DNA of 64,000 nt, from assembly GCA_016214265.1 (NCBI GenBank), contig JACROU010000037.1:3859-67858 (forward strand), in the 5' to 3' direction. Positions 59,643-64,000 of the stretch are shown here, one piece after another. Both the position numbers and the translations under genes were made by a program. Under the pieces are notes generated by a model, which saw only the letters and a list, made by a program, of their open reading frames with translations, did not search any database and had not been told where the DNA came from. The first letter of the stretch is position 1, and each line of letters opens with the position of its first letter. The stretch comes from Candidatus Omnitrophota bacterium (GTDB lineage: Bacteria; Omnitrophota; Omnitrophia; Omnitrophales; JACROU01).

Positions 59643-60355
59643 TTAAGAAAATGTTCTTCGGCTTAATGTTGGCGGGAATCGTTTTTAGTTTCCTTTCATC
59701 TGCGATGGCGGACGGCGGGGGGACTATTACGGGAAAAGTTGTTTACAAAGGCGAGGCCATTACACCTCAACCGATCAATTTTGGTCCCGAGAAGGCATGT
59801 GCGGCATCACATAAGGACAAAATGCCGGTAAATGAAGATATTGTAATTAACCCAGACAATACTGTAAAATGGGCCTTTGTACGCATCAAGGAAGATGTCC
59901 CTGGTGATTATCCCGCCCCTACGGATCCTGTCATCATTGAGCAAAACGGATGTATTTTTACTCCACACGGCGCTGCTGTTCGCGTTGGACAGCCAGTGGA
60001 ATTTCATAATAATGATGAGGTGCTGCACAACGTACGCGGAGCGTCAAAAGAGGGGCAGGCTTTTAATGTGGCTCAGCCACTCAAGGGGATGAAGACCAAA
60101 AAGACATTCGCGAAGCCGGAAATGGGGATGCAGCTGAAATGCGATGTTCATTTCTGGATGGCGGCCTATCTTCACGTTATGGCGAATCCGTTTTATGCCA
60201 TCACGGGTGACGACGGCTCTTTTACGATCAAAGATCTTCCGCCGGGCGATTACACGCTGGAGCTTTGGCACGAAAAATTGGGAATACTTACGAAACCTGT
60301 CAGCGTCAAAGCGGGCGAAACGCAAACAGTAGATTTTGAGCTCGAGAAAAAATAA
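59639..60355 (+). CDS. Secreted cupredoxin-like protein (candidate type-1 Cu site His…Cys-x2-His-x2-Met)
   Basis: Signal peptide. HNNDEVLHNV … KCDVHFWM gives an amicyanin-like ligand spacing. Flanking beta-sandwich segments. Translationally coupled to nosL. Confidence 0.5.
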   Translation: MIKKMFFGLMLAGIVFSFLSSAMADGGGTITGKVVYKGEAITPQPINFGPEKACAASHKDKMPVNEDIVINPDNTVKWAFVRIKEDVPGDYPAPTDPVIIEQNGCIFTPHGAAVRVGQPVEFHNNDEVLHNVRGASKEGQAFNVAQPLKGMKTKKTFAKPEMGMQLKCDVHFWMAAYLHVMANPFYAITGDDGSFTIKDLPPGDYTLELWHEKLGILTKPVSVKAGETQTVDFELEKK

Positions 60356-60363
60356 TAAACTTA

Positions 60364-61947
60364 ATGAGAAAACTTCTTTTAACCTCTGTTTGTCGTCCTT
60401 TGGGTGAGGATTTCGGCGATTCGAAATCTGTCGGATACGAACTTCTTCACGGTCAGGTGACGAGGGCGCAGGGCATTTTCAGCCTACGCACCGTGATTCA
60501 TCATTTCTCTCTGGAATATATCGCGCACAATCTCGACACGCCCACGACTGTCCTTCAATATCCTTCCGAAAAGGAATTTATTCGCGAATTAAAACACGGT
60601 TATGACTACGTCGGCATTTCCTTCGTGCTGGCCACGCTGCATCACATGCAGAGAATGTCGGCCTTGATCCGCAAATACTCACCCAAAAGCAAAATTATTT
60701 TGGGCGGATACGGCACCGTGCTGACGGATGAAGAGCTGAATCCTTACGGAGATTTTATCTGCCGTGAGGAAGGTATCGGATACCTCCGAAGGTTGTTGGG
60801 CGAACCGGAAAAGAAAATGCCGTATGATCACCCGGTCATCACGAATCGCCTCAAAATTTTCTCGGTGCCTTTCGGCGAGAACGGAATGATTTTCGCGGGA
60901 CTGGGATGTCCGAACGGCTGTGACTTCTGCTGTACCTCGCACTTTTTCAAGCGTCAGCACATCCGGCTGTTACCCACCGGCGATGATATTTTCTATACCA
61001 TAAAGAAATATTTGAACCAAAATCCGAAAATGAATTTCACCGTCCTCGACGAAGACTTTTTGCTGAATCAGGCACGCTCGCGGCGTTTTCTGGAATTGGT
61101 GCGCCAGGAGGGGATCACGCCGTCGATGTTCGTATTCTCCAGCATCAAAGCACTGTCGCAGTACGACGTGAAAGAACTGGTTGAGATGGGCATTACGGGG
61201 CTTTGGATCGGCTACGAGGGTAAGCATTCCAACTTTGAGAAACAGAAGGGTCGGAATCCGCAGGAATTGTTCAAAGATCTCCGTGATCACGGCATCGTCA
61301 TTCTGGCTTCGATGGTGATCGGGTTTGATTATCAGTCTCCGGAAATTATCAGCTCTGAGCTGGAAGAATTGTTGAGCCTTCATCCGACATTTACGCAGAC
61401 GCTGATTTACGGTCCGACTCCCGGCACGCCGTTTTATGATCGGATTGTGAAGGAAAAACGATTGGTGAGTGCCCTGGCTCAGGACCGCGCGTTGTACTAC
61501 AAACGCTGCACAGGATTTTATGGCATGATCCAGCATCCCAAATTGTCCCCGGAAGATCTTCAGCAAATTCAGGCGCGTTGTTTCCGGACCGATTTTGAAA
61601 AATTAGGCCCCTCGATTTTGCGCTCGATCGAAAATTGGTTTTTGGGATATCAAAAATTATATCAGGAAAAAAGCGAAGCGCTCCGCCGCCGCGCGGAAAG
61701 TTATCGGAAAGATATTCTGGACGCTGTTCCCATTTTTCTCTCGATTCGATTGCTGGGTCCGACGAAAGCAGTTCGCGCGAAAGCCAAAGAGCTTTATCGC
61801 CAGATCAACAAACATTTCGGCCGGCCTTCGTTGAAAGTTCACGTTTTGTCGTGGGGCGCGCTGGTCATGGCCTTCTGGACCGATCTGTGCCTCCGCTTCA
61901 AATGGTTTCAACACCCATCCCTAGTCCGCATTTCTTATCGAAGATAA
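60364..61947 (+). CDS. B12-binding-domain radical SAM protein
   Basis: N-terminal Rossmann-like B12-binding region (ILGGYG). CPNGCDFCC Cx3Cx2C. Confidence 0.6.
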   Translation: MRKLLLTSVCRPLGEDFGDSKSVGYELLHGQVTRAQGIFSLRTVIHHFSLEYIAHNLDTPTTVLQYPSEKEFIRELKHGYDYVGISFVLATLHHMQRMSALIRKYSPKSKIILGGYGTVLTDEELNPYGDFICREEGIGYLRRLLGEPEKKMPYDHPVITNRLKIFSVPFGENGMIFAGLGCPNGCDFCCTSHFFKRQHIRLLPTGDDIFYTIKKYLNQNPKMNFTVLDEDFLLNQARSRRFLELVRQEGITPSMFVFSSIKALSQYDVKELVEMGITGLWIGYEGKHSNFEKQKGRNPQELFKDLRDHGIVILASMVIGFDYQSPEIISSELEELLSLHPTFTQTLIYGPTPGTPFYDRIVKEKRLVSALAQDRALYYKRCTGFYGMIQHPKLSPEDLQQIQARCFRTDFEKLGPSILRSIENWFLGYQKLYQEKSEALRRRAESYRKDILDAVPIFLSIRLLGPTKAVRAKAKELYRQINKHFGRPSLKVHVLSWGALVMAFWTDLCLRFKWFQHPSLVRISYRR

Positions 61948-61982
61948 CTAAGGTTCCTGGAACCTAAGTGCCACGTTGGATT

Positions 61983-63152
61983 TTATTGAAACGCAGGTAA
62001 GCCGGTGAGGCGCTCGCCGATGATCAGCGTGTGGATTTCGTGCGTGCCTTCGTAGGTGAGAACCGATTCCAAATTCATCATGTGGCGCATGATGCCATAT
62101 TCGCCCATGATGCCGTTGGCGCCGAGAATGCCGCGTGAGACGCGGGCAGTATCGAGGGCCATGGCAACATTGTTGCGTTTGGCCATGCTGACTTGATCAA
62201 ACGTAGCCGCGCCTTTTTCTTTTAATTGGCCCAACCGGTAGACGAGAAGCTGAGCTTTTGTGATCTCTGTGGCCATGTTAGCCAGTTTTTCCTGAGTGAT
62301 TTGGAAGGCGCCGATGGGTTTCCCAAATTGCGTGCGGTTTTTCGCGTACCGAAGAGCTGTCTCAAAACATGCTTGAGCCGCTCCGATGGCGCCCCAGGCA
62401 ATTCCGTAACGCGCTTGAGTCAGGCAGGCCAGCGCGGTTTTGAGTCCTTTGGCGCCTGGTAATAAATTTTTTTCCGGAATTTCGCAGTGATCAAAAATAA
62501 GTTCCGAAGTCACCGAAGCGCGAAGCGAATATTTATCTTTTGTCTCCGGCGCGCTGAATCCGGGCGTTCCTTTTTCCACCAAAAATCCGCAGATTTCTCC
62601 GTCCAGTTTCGCCCAAACAACCGCAACATCCGCAACCGTGCCGTTCGTGATCCACATTTTAGCGCCATTCAGCTCGAACGCATTTCCTTTTTTCTTGGCG
62701 TTGGTGAGCAGGCTGGAGGGATCAGAGCCTGAGTCGGGTTCTGTCAAACCAAAGCAGCCGATTTTTTTGCCCGAGGCCAGTTCCGGCAGCCATTTCTTTT
62801 TTTGGGATTCACTGCCGAATTGAAAAATGGGGAACATGACCAGCCCGCTTTGAACGGAAACAAAACTTCTGAGTCCGCTATCGCCCCGCTCGAGTTCTTG
62901 CATCATCAGTCCGTAAGCGATATCACCTACGCCCGGACATCCGTAGCCCTGAAGATTTGCACCCAAAAGGCCCAACTCGGCGATTTTGGGAATTAGCGGG
63001 GAGGGAAACGTAGCTTCTTCGAAATGCTTTCCAATAATAGGAAGAACACGATCGTTGACGAATCGCCTCACAGTGTCGCGGATAGTCCGCTCGTCTTGAG
63101 TGAGGAGATCGTTTAAAAAAAAATAGTCGAGTTCTGAAAAATTTTCGTTTAT
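61983..63152 (-). CDS. Acyl-CoA dehydrogenase (glutaryl-CoA dehydrogenase-like)
   Basis: ACAD N, middle and C domains (GCFGLTEPDSGSD, YEGTHEIHTLIIGERLTG). Start taken at MINENF…; the ORF extension to 63233 is probably non-coding. Confidence 0.85.
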   Translation of the reverse strand: MNENFSELDYFFLNDLLTQDERTIRDTVRRFVNDRVLPIIGKHFEEATFPSPLIPKIAELGLLGANLQGYGCPGVGDIAYGLMMQELERGDSGLRSFVSVQSGLVMFPIFQFGSESQKKKWLPELASGKKIGCFGLTEPDSGSDPSSLLTNAKKKGNAFELNGAKMWITNGTVADVAVVWAKLDGEICGFLVEKGTPGFSAPETKDKYSLRASVTSELIFDHCEIPEKNLLPGAKGLKTALACLTQARYGIAWGAIGAAQACFETALRYAKNRTQFGKPIGAFQITQEKLANMATEITKAQLLVYRLGQLKEKGAATFDQVSMAKRNNVAMALDTARVSRGILGANGIMGEYGIMRHMMNLESVLTYEGTHEIHTLIIGERLTGLPAFQ

Positions 63153-63227
63153 CATAAGTACTGGATACCTTTTAGTTAAAAAGTGCCACATCACTTTGCT
63201 GCGGAATTCTAACAATTGGTAAATAAA

Positions 63228-64000
63228 ATGCAACAGAAGAAGAATTATGTTTTCTGCCTGATGACTTTGGTATTTATCGCGATTACCGTTGCGGTTTCAA
63301 ACAAGGCTTTTCCCGCGAATGTGCCCGCAGAATCCCAAATACCCGCTTTTGGCATGTCACATGAAGAGGCGGTTCTCATTAAAGGGAAGAAATCCTACGA
63401 TACCTATTGCATCGGCTGCCATGGCGTTAAAGGAGACGGTAAGGGGGTTGCGGCCTCTTTTCTGAATCCCAAACCTCGGAATTTCATGCTCGCCGAGTTT
63501 CGTAACAGCACGCGTCCCTCCGGATCACTCCCGACCGATCAGGATCTGTATAATTCTATCGCAAACGGTTTGCACGGGACGTCCATGCCGACATGGAGAC
63601 TACTGCCGGAGTCGGAGCGCTGGGCTTTGGTAGCCTACATTAAGACTTTTGCTCCAGACAGGTGGAAAGAAGAAGGTGAAAGAATTTCGACCCCAATTCC
63701 TGAAGATCCTTTTGCCGGCCGGCGCGAAGAGGGAATCAAGAAGGGTGAAATTGCTTATCATGGTATCGCCGCCTGCTACAGCTGTCATCCGTCCTACTGG
63801 AGCCCCCAGAAAATTAATGAGGCCCGGGCCACGTATCAAATGCCGCCAATTGCCGGCCTCAGGCAAAACATTGCTTTATCCGAAGCCAAGCCCGACAGTG
63901 AAGGAAATCCGATTACTCCGCCTGACTTTACGTGGGATACGCTCAAACGAGGAACGGAGCTGGAAACTTTGTATCAGGCCATTGCCAACGGAATTTCAGG
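63228..64000 (+). CDS. Diheme class-I c-type cytochrome (c4/CcoP-like), 3' end beyond window
   Basis: ATG at 63228 with signal/TM. Two CxxCH (CIGCHG, CYSCHP), each in a typical cytochrome c domain context (GKKSYDTYCIGCHG…SMPTW). Frame is open to the window end. Confidence 0.7.
   Translation, partial: MQQKKNYVFCLMTLVFIAITVAVSNKAFPANVPAESQIPAFGMSHEEAVLIKGKKSYDTYCIGCHGVKGDGKGVAASFLNPKPRNFMLAEFRNSTRPSGSLPTDQDLYNSIANGLHGTSMPTWRLLPESERWALVAYIKTFAPDRWKEEGERISTPIPEDPFAGRREEGIKKGEIAYHGIAACYSCHPSYWSPQKINEARATYQMPPIAGLRQNIALSEAKPDSEGNPITPPDFTWDTLKRGTELETLYQAIANGIS

Overview
Dense, mostly plus-strand, roughly 50% GC chromosomal window from an unidentified, probably uncultivated, anaerobic or microaerophilic bacterium. 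The gene content (clade-II-type nosZ, many multiheme cytochromes, GSIII, TGTCATYC-type intergenic repeats) is compatible with an FCB-group-like lineage, but that is tentative. About 65 protein genes are called. No rRNA, tRNA or CRISPR array could be recognised by eye. There are two blocks that I would look at first.

(1) 3037-14522, divergent from a LysR regulator: octaheme cytochrome c, a 693-aa predicted outer-membrane beta-barrel, System II cytochrome c maturation genes ccsB and ccsA, a nonaheme cytochrome, a Rieske/cytochrome b complex whose c-type subunit is a membrane-anchored multiheme cytochrome, and a tetraheme cytochrome. This is a candidate porin-cytochrome extracellular or periplasmic electron conduit wired to a bc-type quinol oxidoreductase, next to feoB and a feoA-like gene.

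(2) 53012-60355: Rrf2(NsrR-like)-nosZ-[single 920-aa ORF fusing a NosB-like 5-TM domain + NosD + NosF]-nosY-nosL-cupredoxin. This is a Sec-type (clade II-like) N2O reductase cluster with an unusual three-way fusion, and it lacks nosR/nosGH.

Both blocks carry an extended CRP-like site, TGTGA-N4-CGTCACAGTTTT, and a Crp/Fnr regulator is encoded at 50375-51049.

Other notable items:
- a 7TM-transglutaminase / alpha-L-glutamate-ligase-like / HD-domain operon;
- tandem paralogous secreted proteins carrying a novel ~70-aa YxGVWK repeat;
- a DinD/Bro-N plus PC4-like mini-module;
- a MITE-like repeat family (TGTCATCC...GGAATGACA);
- a sigma-54 promoter upstream of glnN;
- an apparently N-terminally truncated maf next to a GIY-YIG gene.
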